Assembly (NCBI RefSeq): GCF_000181795.1
Contig: NW_003526943.1
Coordinates: forward strand, 7,988,672 to 8,032,026
Source of the DNA: Trichinella spiralis
Lineage: Eukaryota
Reading direction: 5' to 3'
DNA: 43,355 nucleotides
The number at the start of each line of letters is the position of its first letter. Position 1 is the first letter of the stretch. Of this stretch, positions 26,001 through 37,633 are shown piece after piece. Below the pieces are notes generated by a model. The model saw nothing but the letters and a program-made list of their open reading frames with translations, did no database searches and was not told the DNA's origin. A program made the position numbers and the translations under genes.

Positions 26001-29000
26001 TTTTACCATTTTACGCATTTTGCAGTGTGTATGTTTTAAATGGATATATTTTGTTTTATTTGACAATATGATGTATTTATTTTAGACATCATCAGAATAT
26101 TATTGCAGAGGCATTTCTATCAGTCGTAAATCATTTTAATCATAATATGATGAAATTGGGAAACATAACTATTGAAGAACTTATGTATTTTCTTTTAAAA
26201 CTCACATCCTTGACTCAAGTAGCGCCGCGTGCTGAAGGTAAAAGGGTAAGTGTTTGTTTGTTTGTTTTTTATATAATTAAACAAGTATTTAATTATTGCA
26301 CTGTATACATATATATATATATGTATGATTTATCCACTGCATATAGTTAGTTGAAAGTGTTCAACACAAGTATGGAGATTTCACAAATTCACAAAGTGTG
26401 ATGTTTTTGTTTCAATTGAGCATTTTGATTCTGCAATTGTTTTTCATTAAAAAATTTGTTATTCAGCATATAGATGACTAACTAAGCAGTAAGTGATTTG
26501 TCAAATTCAATGAAAATCTTTTATATAATTAATCTGTACGGCTAGGTTGTTCTAATTATATTGTACCAAGGGAAAAGAGAAAAAAATTGTTTAATTTAAT
26601 AAGAATAAATGAAAAATTGTTTTATTACCTTTTAAAGAATAAAAATGTTATTAAAAGAATGTATTGTGATTTTGGAGATTGTTGTTGTTATTAGCGGCAA
26701 GAGTACTGCATAAAACAGAGTGGAGATAAATTTTAAATGAACCAGTTATATAAGATTGTATTGCTGTTCTTATTTTTCTTCAGTTTTTCTTTATCAGTGT
26801 CATCACATGCCCGGCAGACTTTATTTAGAGTACCTGAAGTCAGAATGGCAAAAAAAGCAAGAAAGAATTTTTAACTGCATTCACAATTGCACAAAAATTA
26901 AGTTTCAAAAAAAGGAGAAACGACGATTGATACGATTTAGGATTTTGTTATTTGAATAATGAATTATGAAAAATTATGATTTGTTATTTGACATCTTAAG
27001 GTTTGTTAAGATCAGCTTAGTTGAGGTTGATGGTTATCGTTGAAATAAATATATGCTACAATGTTCAGCATGTTGAACAATTCCCTCTCCCCCCCTCTGT
27101 GTATGTCTCGCAATTTGAATAAATAATTCAATAATGCTAATTTAGTGATAATCCACAGTGTAGCAAGTAATAAATTTTAATAATATTTTTCCATTCAAGC
27201 ACTTTTTGCAAGAAAGCTATTTGATGCCGCGGCAATTTGCTCGTTCCAGTTTTTGTTTGGAGGTTGCCGTTGACTTCTCTTTTGGAAATTTGGTTTCTTT
27301 CTTAAGAAACCTTGACCCGTTCCCACAATTTTGGTGGGGGGTGGTATGAATTTTTATTAAAAATCGGCTCCTGGCATTATCTTTCTGCTCGAAAAGAGAA
27401 ATTTTTAAAATTATTAATTTTTTCTTCTGAAATATCATTCATTCCATGAGATTAATAATAACAATAATAAAAATGTGGTGATCAATAATAGCAGCTTATT
27501 TTTTCTTTTAGCTGTGTGAATGGATTGTTGTTCTTCAGTGGTTTATTAGTGTTTGTGTTTATGTGTGTGTGTGTGATGGTGGGGGGGGGCAATTAATTGT
27601 ATACAGAAGTTAACATTGTCAGCAGCAGATATATTCAAAATTTTGAATTGGTGTATACCATAATATGTATACAATTTTTTTTAACTGTGGAAAAATTTTT
27701 TGACCATTACAGTTGGTCATTTCAAGTAGCTGCATATTGTAAACCAGATGATGATTTGTTTTTCTTAAGAAAAATAAAAAGCTAACCAAACAACAGTTGT
27801 GCATTCCGTGATTTGGTGCTGCACTTCTTTTTTCTGTCCAACAATTGGATCGTTCGTTCGGTTTTACTTTTGCAAAAGTTTTCTCCAATTCCAGTCCAAA
27901 TTTTTTTCACCTCATCAACTTTCAGCTTGAATAAATCAGCTATTTTTTTTGATTGGCCAGTTGAAAAGGCTTTTTTGCATGCGAATTAGGCTTTTGGCAT
28001 TTTTCCACGTGTGTGATCAGATGAAGTGATCAATTCGAACAGAGATGATGGCAAATAATTATCATGAGTGCAAAACAGAACACATCATGCTGAAATAAGT
28101 TACAAGAGCATTAAAAAAATTTATTTTTAAATTATTTAAGTTACAGTAAGTTTGAACCGCTTGAAAAATGTTTCTTATTCTTCTTTTAATTAATTTACAC
28201 TTCAATAAATTGTATTTTTCGGTCAGGGTACTGTTTTTAGCTTAATTGTTTTACTGTTGATTGTAATGTTGCAAAATGTGGTCATTTTTGTCGAAAATTC
28301 CACGTTCAAATAGACAATAATACACTCTAAATCATTGTTACGGCACAACAGTGGCCTATAAATTTGATTCTTTTTTCTTTCATTTTTTCCATTGTCAGTT
28401 TTTCCAATTTCCAAGTGCACTTTTGCATTGTTGTTAATTTTGTGTAATTTTTCAAGTTGTGCAACAGTTCTCTCTGCACAGATTTAAAATTTGTAAAAAG
28501 AAAACACTGAAATTATTTATATCCAACATGCAGAAATTAGCATAATAATCCATTTTTATCTATTGTTCTTTTTTTACTGTTTGAGGTGTTAAGAAAAGTT
28601 TTTTTCTAAATACCCCTTTTTAATCGTTTTTTTTGAAATAATCTTGAGGGTGGTTGGAATGCACTTTACAAACTCGGTCACTTTGGCTGTTTGAGCAATT
28701 TCCCAGTGAAGCAGAGACAGGCAGACGTTGCGTTGTTTGCGTCACACACTGCTTAAGAGTGGACGAATAAATTTTCAAAAACATCAAGTTGATTTTCTTT
28801 GCTGAGATTTTGAGGTTTTTTGTGTATATGCATATATTCATAATATGCAAAAGTATTTTATGGAAAAATTCAAAATGCAAAATATGTCTACATATATGTA
28901 TGCGTTGTGGAATAAGTTCTACAAGCGAACCATTTCCACAACGTATATATATATATATACATGTGTGTGTGTGTGTGTGAATGGAAATTGTTTAATCATA

Positions 29001-32000
29001 TTTTCTACTGCTCTCTTTGGTCATAATAAGAATTGTTTACTTGGTATTGTTGCAGAATGATAGAATGCAAGCAATAAGCACATGGACGCCCGAAAGGATC
29101 ACTAGTAAATGTATGAACAGGTTATATAGATGTGGTTGGTCAGTTATTTTGCACCGGTAGATTGATTTTCACTAAATGCCGATTCAGCCGTAACACTTTC
29201 TTGCATTCAATAAGCATTCTTGAAACATTGAGCAAGTCAATTATAAGCATTGCAATTGGGTGTAGCAGTTGCATTTATTTTTATTATGTTTTTGAAAAAA
29301 TATTATCAGCTTGATTTTAATTTTGGGTTCATTTGTTTTTTTTAATTTTCATTCTTTTGCTTTTATTGCAATAAAGTTGCCGATGATGTTGATTTTGATG
29401 TGTTGATGATGATGATGATGGCTGGGTAAAATTTTGCCCTAGGCAGATTTTGGTTGACAGCTACCGAATGGCGGGATACTGACAGACGCCGATTTGTCAG
29501 CTTGTTATTTTTAGCCACGGCGATTAATTACGGATCAGCCTTGACGGGCAGATTGGTTGCGTTGTTCACCAGAGGGGGTTCGATTTGGTTTTGTTGATTA
29601 CACTATATGTGCTCTATTTCTTGCGGAATTCGGGTCATATGGGACGGTTAAAAAGACCGAAATTTACAGTTAGACGATCAGTTGTCTCCTGGAGCACAGG
29701 TGACTGGTGAATTTGCCAACTATGGACTGCGAAACGCGGGATAAAGCTTACAGACTTGTCACATACGCTGCCTCTGCGTTCAGCGTGGTCGCGATATTGT
29801 CCGTCTGTATCACCTTTCCAATGGTCTACAATTATGTGCAGCACATTCAGGCTGTTGGTCGTGAAGATCTGCGCAATTGCAAAGTATATTTTAGAGAAAA
29901 AAACTGAATTCAATTAACGGATATATCTGAAAAACAATGTGTGTTGTGTATCTATATAGAGCTCAGCTATGGACATTTTGGCTGATATAAAATTGCGTAT
30001 GGTTGAACCGGCTGCCAATTTGAGCATGACTGCTGGCCATCTGGGCAGTCGTGGTATTGTGAAACGTCAGGCGATAGTTCCTTGCAAAGGTTTGATTATT
30101 ATATTTCAAAGCAGAAGCAGCTTTTCTTCTTCTTCTTCTTCTTCTTTGTTGTATTTCAAAGCGCGCAGTTGAGTAGGAAATGTCATATTTAGGGTGCTGT
30201 TTACCTGGCCTTCCTGGACCGCCAGGAATCCCGGGTAAGAATGGAATTCCAGGCGCACCAGGCTTGCCCGGAGCTCCGGGTTTTCCTGGTATGCCACCGC
30301 TTGAACTTTGCATCGAACCAATTCCACCGCCTTGCGAACCTTGTCCACAGGGTCCCCCAGGACCACCCGGTCCAGACGGAACACCTGGTATTGCACTGGG
30401 TTGCTGTTCAATTTTGCGTTCAATTTCTTCAGGGCGGTTAGTTTTCAGGTAGTCCTGGCACACGCGGTCCAAACGGCATGGATGGAAAATACGGTTTACC
30501 TGGACCGCACGGTCCTCCAGGGCCACCTGGCGCACCAGGTGAACCGGGCAAGGAAGGAGAAGCTGGCGATCCTGGCTTGCCGGCTATTTCGATGCCATCT
30601 ACACCTGGTGATCCAGGTCCAACTGGTGAAGTGGGAACTCCAGGTTTACCAGGTCCTCCGGGTCCGGCAGGTGAACGCGGCGAAGCCGGATTTCCCGGCA
30701 TCAAAGGTCCACCAGGTCCTTCCGGAGAGCCGGGTCCTGACGGACCACCGGGCAAACAAGGACCACCCGGACCCGAAGGTCCTCCTGGTGAAAAAGGCAT
30801 CTGTCCAAAATACTGCGCACTGGATGGCGGTGTGTTCTTCTCCGACGGAACAAGACGATAAACCTGCTCTGCTTTCTAAAATTGATTTAGGCTCGTCGTT
30901 TTATTATTATTATTTTGTTTTCGTCATTTTTATATTTCATCTCAAATAATAATTACAGTACCATATATAGTTTTTTCCTAGTATTTATTTCAACTTTAAT
31001 TTTTTTATTTTGCAAATCCAAAGAGCTCGCCACTTCCATCCATCCATCATCATCATCATTATTTTTACCACCGTTAACCAAAAATGATATTATTCTATAA
31101 CTGCTACACATTTTTTACTTCTCTTAGTTGCCATCTGGCTGAATTGAATCGTAGTAGTGCATACATGCAACTGTAACTGCCGCTTGATTTGTCTTGTTCA
31201 ATTTTTTTTGAAAAAAATGCTCACTCATTTTTGATGCTTCACTTTTCGTCTCAGCGTGTGCAAAAAATCCAACTTGTGTGTGTGCCTGTGAGATAATTGC
31301 TGCAGTTTAATGAGTTTGTGTGTTTTTTTTTGCATTTTTCTAGCGCTTTCGTCATCCTAGCTTTGGTGCACTTCAGTTTTACCTACGTCTGCCAGGAGCG
31401 GCTCCAAGCCGAATTTCTCAATCTTCTCTTTTCTCTTTTTTCAATTGAAAAAAAATAATGCACACAAACTTGTCTGAGTGTTTTAAGCGAATGGTGAGAA
31501 AAATTAAAAGCATCCTTTGCTTTTTCATTTTGGCGAGAAATCCGGTCGTTTAGAGTATACTGAAATATTTGTTTAGCTATTTGCGGTGGATAATTATTTT
31601 TTTCCGTTTTCATACAAATCTTCATAATTATATTCTTTTTTTTACTTTTTTTTAATTCCTGAGTAAAAACAGACAAGCTTTGTGATATTTATTTGATTTT
31701 TGCAAGCACGGTTGGTTGTGTTTGTAAGAAGAAAAAATAATGATATATGTGTATATGTGTAATGCATAGTATATGTATTATTCTTTTTTTGCGTGATCCC
31801 AATACAGGAACTGAATGCACATAACAAATTGGCTGTGAAGATATTGAACGAGCTGATCGACGTGCCTGAACACTTATGTTGCCGGGCTTTGTGCAAGCTG
31901 CTGCCGGAACTGTACTTGAAAGAGAACATCAGTCGTGAAGAACTGATCCTCATACAAGAACTCTGCCACAAAGCTGAAATGGTAAATATTCTTATCAATC

Positions 32001-34279
32001 TTTCCCATTTCATCCTCGAGAAAGATATCAAAAGTTGAATTTGAATTATTTTCCCCTAGAAAATGTCTTTTTCTTATTTTTTTTTGATTTTTTCTTTGTT
32101 TCAACTTTTTTTCACAACTGAAAATAAATGAGAGTAGGTGAAAGTTAAAAATTACATACAACACGCCTCGCATTTCGATGTCACTGGTTAAATGGGTCTT
32201 CTCTTTTCAGGCATTGACGAACAAACAGTGCGTGAATTATGTCACCAAACTGGTCGACAAGATACAAGATCTTCTTGCATGCATGGTAAGTAAGGCATGT
32301 TCAAAAGTGAAACGGGTCACTTTTTCAGGTGTGGCTCCATTTATTTATTTGTTTATACGTGCATTTTTTAAAAAAATTTCTCTTCGTACCTTTCTTTTTA
32401 AAAATAGTTTATGTAAATTCCTCATGTGCATGGTCATTATTATTGTTATTAGAAATTTCATCTTCATTATCTTAAAATTTTACAGTAAGATAATTTTTGA
32501 AAAAAAAAGTAAAAGTGGCATGGATGATCAACTCTGATTCGCAGGGGTTTCTTGTTTTTCTTTTTTCTCCTTGGCCTTCAGTGTTTGCTTTGTAGCATAA
32601 GAGAAGTTAAGTGGAAAATAATTTTGATAATCGAAAATTTATGTCCTCCATGTTTTGAATCCACTATCATAAATTCATAAAATAATTTATCGAATATCAT
32701 CACTACCTAAGTTATTATTTTCAATTTTTGTTTCTGTCTTTTCTGTCAAGCTTTATGAGTTGAGCTATTTGAGTACAACTGTTAAATAATATTGAACTGA
32801 AATGAATGCTATTCAATAATTGTGAATAGTTCATTTTCGAGCTTTTTTAAAACCTGTGTAATGCGACGAAAGTAATTATCGTTCAAGTGATCCTTCATAT
32901 AAGCAGCATTTGCTTCTTCCTCTTTATCTTTTTGTGCTTCATATATTTTAATTATTATTTGGCAAATTATTAGGGTTAATCGAATCGTGAAACATTTTCA
33001 AAATTTGTTTTTTATTTAATTGTTTATGTTCCATGATATATTGAACGCACAGTTGCAATAACATCATAAGTAATAATGATAATAACAACAACGGTAACAT
33101 TATTTATTATTAATTGCATGGCTAGACGTTTTTCTGTTCTTATCTATCAGGTGTGGCGTTTTTCCGGTCTGTTTACGTCTTTAAAGGACATCAATGTTTA
33201 GTTGCTCTTGTAAATTCTGGCATCACGACATGTCACCAAAAATAATTTTATCGTAATTTATTGATTTATTGGTTTTCATTGTCTAATTTAAAAAAATTTT
33301 TCATTTTCAGCTTTATCATTGTGCATCGTCGAATCAATCAGACCATCACATAATATTTATCATTGTACTATTTCAGTCGGCTGGTTGAATTTCAGTTGTT
33401 TCTTTTTTTTACTTTAGAAAAACCTGTTAATTAATCAGATTTTATTTTGACATGATAATTAATGATCATCAATTTAAAGCATCAGTTAATTTTTTGTAAA
33501 AAAGTTTAAATTGTGAAAGCTTTTTGCATCAGTTTCACTTTTCTAAATGGCACGTGTAATTCTTTTTACTTCATGTGATTTTAGATAAATTAATAATTTT
33601 AATTTATGATGACGATTTATTTTGTTTATGTTTTTATTAATTTTTTTTCGAACTGTTTGTAATTTCTAATCTGTTGTGAATTTGTTCTCACTGATTCACT
33701 TGGAGCAGCTTTTTTGAAATGCTAATTTTACACCTGGGTTCGAGCATGGATAATGAAAAATTTAGCAGTAAGAGAAAAATGTAGTTGATCGGAAAATTTA
33801 ATATCATTATACTGAAAGTAGTTTATTTTATAAAAATTACCTGCAATTATATTGAAATTTTACCCTTTTCCAGTGAACTGAGAATACTTTTCATGTCAAA
33901 TTGATTTGCATTATTGAATAAAAATTGTAAATTTAAATTGTTTCTACATAAAATCACTCCGTAAACCAGCATCCCACTTGCAAACAACAGTGCATTTCAT
34001 ATTTGTTTGTTAAATTTTAATTGTTGTTGTTTTTTGTAGCCGAGTTCAGAAGATGAAATGTCTGGATCTGTTACGTCCGATTCGCATACGCATCATTCTT
34101 CTGCGCATGTTGAATTGATGGGTCCTTCTTTGCAAGTGGATGTACAGGCCCGTAAAGATGGTCATATTACAAATACCGATAACAACGAATCTGACGTTGA
34201 AATGGAAACTGAGGATGCTGATGTTGATTTTGATGCAATGAGAGAAACATTGAGCCACCAAAATGATCCAAATGACTGA
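17058..34279 (+). CDS. NCAPG: Condensin complex subunit 3 (CAP-G), HEAT-repeat protein, multi-exon
   Basis: Motifs [112 protein letters not shown] and [10 protein letters not shown]. Final exons are 31808-31981, 32211-32285 and 34040-34279. The exons in ~20500-21743 appear a second time in the duplicated block. Confidence 0.92.
18567..19072 (-). mobile_element. Decayed piggyBac-like transposase 3' fragment in a CAP-G intron
   Basis: Minus strand 18813-18739 reads [23 protein letters not shown], i.e. C-x2-C-x4-C-x2-H-x4-C-x2-(C>stop), the spacing of the piggyBac Cys-rich domain. AATAAA follows at ~18704-18699. TTAA occurs at 18567 and 19069, but the boundaries are uncertain. Confidence 0.5.
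20467..24966 (+). repeat. Copy A of a ~4.5-kb direct tandem duplication (CAP-G exons plus intron)
   Basis: Nearly identical to 24977-29461. Differences are scattered SNPs and microsatellite/homopolymer lengths. Confidence 0.97.
24445..24483. repeat. Compound (TA)n(TG)n microsatellite; a shorter TG run occurs in copy B at ~28944-28979
   Basis: Seen directly; length differs between the two duplicated copies. Confidence 0.9.
24967..24976. other. Assembly gap (10 N) at the duplication junction
   Basis: Run of N exactly between the two copies. Confidence 1.
24977..29461 (+). repeat. Copy B of the ~4.5-kb direct tandem duplication
   Basis: Repeats 20467-24966. The first ~70 nt are degraded: the AG acceptor of the 33-nt exon 20500-20532 is lost and there are homopolymer deletions. 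Confidence 0.97.
29722..30861 (+). CDS. Nematode cuticle collagen (col-1/dpy-13/col-34-like group), 4 exons, ~299 aa, nested in a CAP-G intron
   Basis: Exons 29722-29883, 29960-30089, 30193-30387, 30449-30861 give 900 nt. Col_cuticle_N domain ([31 protein letters not shown]), KRQ, CKGCCLPG, two Gly-X-Y blocks, [10 protein letters not shown] and the C-terminal [18 protein letters not shown]...RR. Confidence 0.96.
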
Positions 34280-34803
34280 ACAATGAAAGCATACAATAGC
34301 AATTACATTTTATATTTTATTATTCATTATTTTAAAACTGTTTTTTAATATATATATATATGCGTGCTTTTTAGTTCAGAATATTTTTATGCAGTGATTT
34401 GTTGTTATGAAATAGTGAATGGACAAGGATTTTTGTTTTTTGTACATTGATTAACTCTTAATACTTCACTTGTTCAGTTTTGATTTTTTTTCCTCTCCCT
34501 CTCTCTTCTGTACAGAATGGAATAAATCATTGTCATTTACATTTGCTATTGTTGTCTCAGTCTTCTATTACTGATGGAAGAATACAATTGAACTTAATTT
34601 AAAAAATATCATATATACATTTTAATTATGCAATTGACTATTATGAATAATTCCATTCATATAGATGAATTATTTTGAAGTTAAATTGCATTTACTGGGT
34701 GGTGTGCAAGTGTACAAACAAGTGAGAGCAATGATCCACAGAAACAACATAGGAGAAAGAGAGAGAGAAAGATTGCTCTATTCAGATCAGTTAACAGGGA
34801 ATT

Positions 34804-36719
34804 TCACAGCACCGCACTTTGTGCTTGATGATCAGTGTCGTTGTTCGAAGTGGAAGTGGAAGTGAAATATTCAAAGCAATGATTTTGCATTCGGACCAAC
34901 ATTTCGGAAAAGCTTTTGCAAAAATCCCCCAGATCCATCCTGTATTCACTGTCCATTCTCAGTTCCACGTACAGTCGATGTTTGTTGTTCACCAACAGGC
35001 CGGCCAATTTCAGTAGAAAAGAAGAGCTGTCGGTGACGTCGATCAGGGCTTTGGAAATGCACACTTCGCAGTTGTGGGGAAATTTACTTTCCGGACAGTG
35101 AAAACAAAGTCGCTTGGCAACCGAACCGCGGTGAATCCAAGTCGAGGCAGTGGACCGGCAGTGGAACTCGAACGCTCCCACGCTGAAACGTTGGGGGCAG
35201 TTTGAGGGATTTGCTAACGCGGCATTCAGCTGGTCGTTCAAATCGCCAGTTGCCTTCACAGTGTCCACGTTGAACAAGTAAATCTCCTTCAACGTGTACA
35301 ATACTGTACGCAGGGACAAATGGAAGAATAGACGGAAACTTTCTCCACTGTCAACGACTAAGCGCTTCTCGACCATTTCCCGTTGCAAGCAGTCGTAAAT
35401 GAACGCATTCGGCTTGATCAGCACTCGGTACTTGCCGATGCATTCAATCGAACGGTCCATCTCCCTGAAGTCCATCGTCCCGTCGTCGTCGTCCTTTTCG
35501 TCTTCTTCTTCTGCTTCCCCCTCTGGATGTATGGAAAACAATCGTGGACATAGTGCCAATTTGGAACCACCGTCGGACAAAACCGATTTCATCACCATCC
35601 TCCAAGTACGTTCGACAAAGATGCGGAACAGAAACGCCGCGTTGCGTCTTATGGACGCGGCCGGATTGTGCGTACAGTCCAACGGATCTTGGACGTTGAC
35701 GTGGCTAAATTTGAACAAATTGTCCACAGATTTGTCGATTGCAAGCTGAGAAGATTCGGTCAAAAATTCCATCGACGACACAACATCCGCTCGTCGAGGT
35801 TGGAATACCACATCGCGCAACGTCAAAGGCAACTGGTGAAGAAAACAGACAAATTTGGCGAACAGACGAGACACCGAAGGGACTTTTTTACAATTATTCT
35901 GCTGCTGCAAAGCTGAAAGAGAAATCAAACCGACAACAAACAAGCAAAACAACTGCATTTAACAAACACTGTTTTGAAAAGAAAAGCTAAATTTGCATAC
36001 TCAACTGTGACATCTCATCTTCGGAAAGATCGGATTTGCAAGGTATATAGCCACTCTGTCGAAGAAAAGTTATCAATATCAACAGCAACGGATAAGAGTT
36101 GAATTTTTCCTCCTTGCTGTCCATGAATTCAGAAATCCAAAAGCGGATCAACGAAGCAAGCCGTGGTAGCCATTCGCCGTATGTGTCGGCAAATTGTCGA
36201 AGCCACCGAGTTGTTCTCACTGAATGCATGTTGTTCAACGACAGTTCGCATCTGTAATTTCCATTGCAACGGAAATGAATTAGCGGACACCTTTTACTCT
36301 GCACCAAGTGTGCCTTGCCTTCTAAACCGGGCCATTTTTGAAGTAATTTATAAAATTGTTCAACAGGTGAACCCGGTGAATCCACAACTTCTATATTCGT
36401 AATGTAAAAAACAACAAATTGCAATTTTCCATTAAATCAAATCAAATCAAATCTCACCTTTGCTTTCAGTCGGTGTGCTTCGATAAAAGACTGTCATATC
36501 AACGTCACTATTTTGCCATCCGAAACCATTTACGGATGATCCAAACAGCACCACATCCACATTTTCATGGCAACTCTGAAAATACGTTTCCAAACGACTG
36601 CACAACTTTTCCCGTTCTGTGATTTCTGCAATTTTCCGCATTTCATGTATTACAATGGATTGCTCTTCAAGTTCATTTGCTTTGGAAAATAAAGTCAACA
36701 ACTCCTCGGACGGAGTCAT
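34804..36719 (-). CDS. TUT1: TUT1/Star-PAP-like terminal uridylyltransferase (non-canonical poly(A) polymerase family), 3 exons, ~586 aa
   Basis: Exons 36719-36458, 36390-36001, 35912-34804 give 1761 nt in frame. NTase signature FGSSVNGFG...SDVDM, RCPLIHF, FNSYPLLLILITFL, nucleotide-recognition motif VQDPLDCTHNPA, and a C-terminal region resembling the TUT1 KA-1 domain. The family call is firm; TUT1 orthology is inferred. Confidence 0.8.
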
Positions 36720-37633
36720 TTCTTCTTACTCTGAAATGATAATTATACGATAAACATGAACTTTCAGCTTACGTGCTTAATATAAACGGTGCATACAGAC
36801 TCAAACAAACACAACAACAGCAACGGCATAAATAGAAAAAAATTCTCTACAATTGTCAATTGCAGTACATCCTAACATTTACATTACAATAACAAAAAAG
36901 AGCTTCCCTGACAATAAACTGAGTACAACAATTGCGTTATTTCGTTTGCTTCAAAGTATTAAAGTGTTAAAATTAAAAAAAACAGCATTATTTAAATGAC
37001 AACAATTTTCTTAAAAATGAAAAATAACAAACGTTAAACTATAATATTCTATCCAACATATTTAAAAAAATATGCCTTATTGAAAACTAACTAAACAGTG
37101 AAGTTCTAATATGATTTAAAATGAAAAAATAATTAAATTGAAAATTCGTTGAACAAAATACTGTAACGCCTTAATGATTTTCAAGGTTATGTTTATTCAA
37201 TAGAATCTTCACGAGTAATTTTTAATCAAAAAGATAAATAAATGTCATAGCATTTCATTAAATATGTGAAGTGTGATGTTTTGTCTCGATTACGATTTCA
37301 GATTTCTTTCATGAAATTTTTTACATTGCTAACATTTTGTTGCTTATTATTCGACAGCGCCTTTAAATGAAACGAGTGAATTTCATTGCGCTTGCGCTTC
37401 AGTTTATTGGAAAAGTAAATGTCATTGGTTCAGAATAAAAAATATTAATATGATTTGCAAAGGGGAAAATTATTTGGATTTACTTTGTTTTCGAGCTTTT
37501 TTAAACAAAAGTACTTTATAGTCACTACTCGTAATCTGAAATTGTGTAATTTTACCACATTTTGCTTGCTTGACAATTATCAAACACATTTTATTCAACA
37601 AATACAAATCGTAAATTTCGTCACATCTGCTGA

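Noticed and set aside
29963..30949. Antisense and shifted-frame ORFs over the collagen gene
   Set aside because: Shadow ORFs of GC-rich Gly-Pro codons.
32970..32978. TTAGGGTTA as a possible telomerase RNA template or telomeric seed
   Set aside because: A single 9-mer. The template-sense strand is antisense to the host intron and there is no supporting structure; expected by chance.
33125..33233. AGACGT/ACGTCT stem, AAAGGA and ACA resembling an H/ACA snoRNA in a CAP-G intron
   Set aside because: Too short (~105 nt), and the hairpin interiors pair poorly.
34804..35958. 384-aa ORF appearing to be a standalone intronless secreted protein (MQLFCLFVVGLISLSA...)
   Set aside because: The apparent signal peptide is the pyrimidine-rich end of intron 36000-35913. 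The remainder splices in frame to the nucleotidyltransferase exons and supplies its PAP-associated domain.
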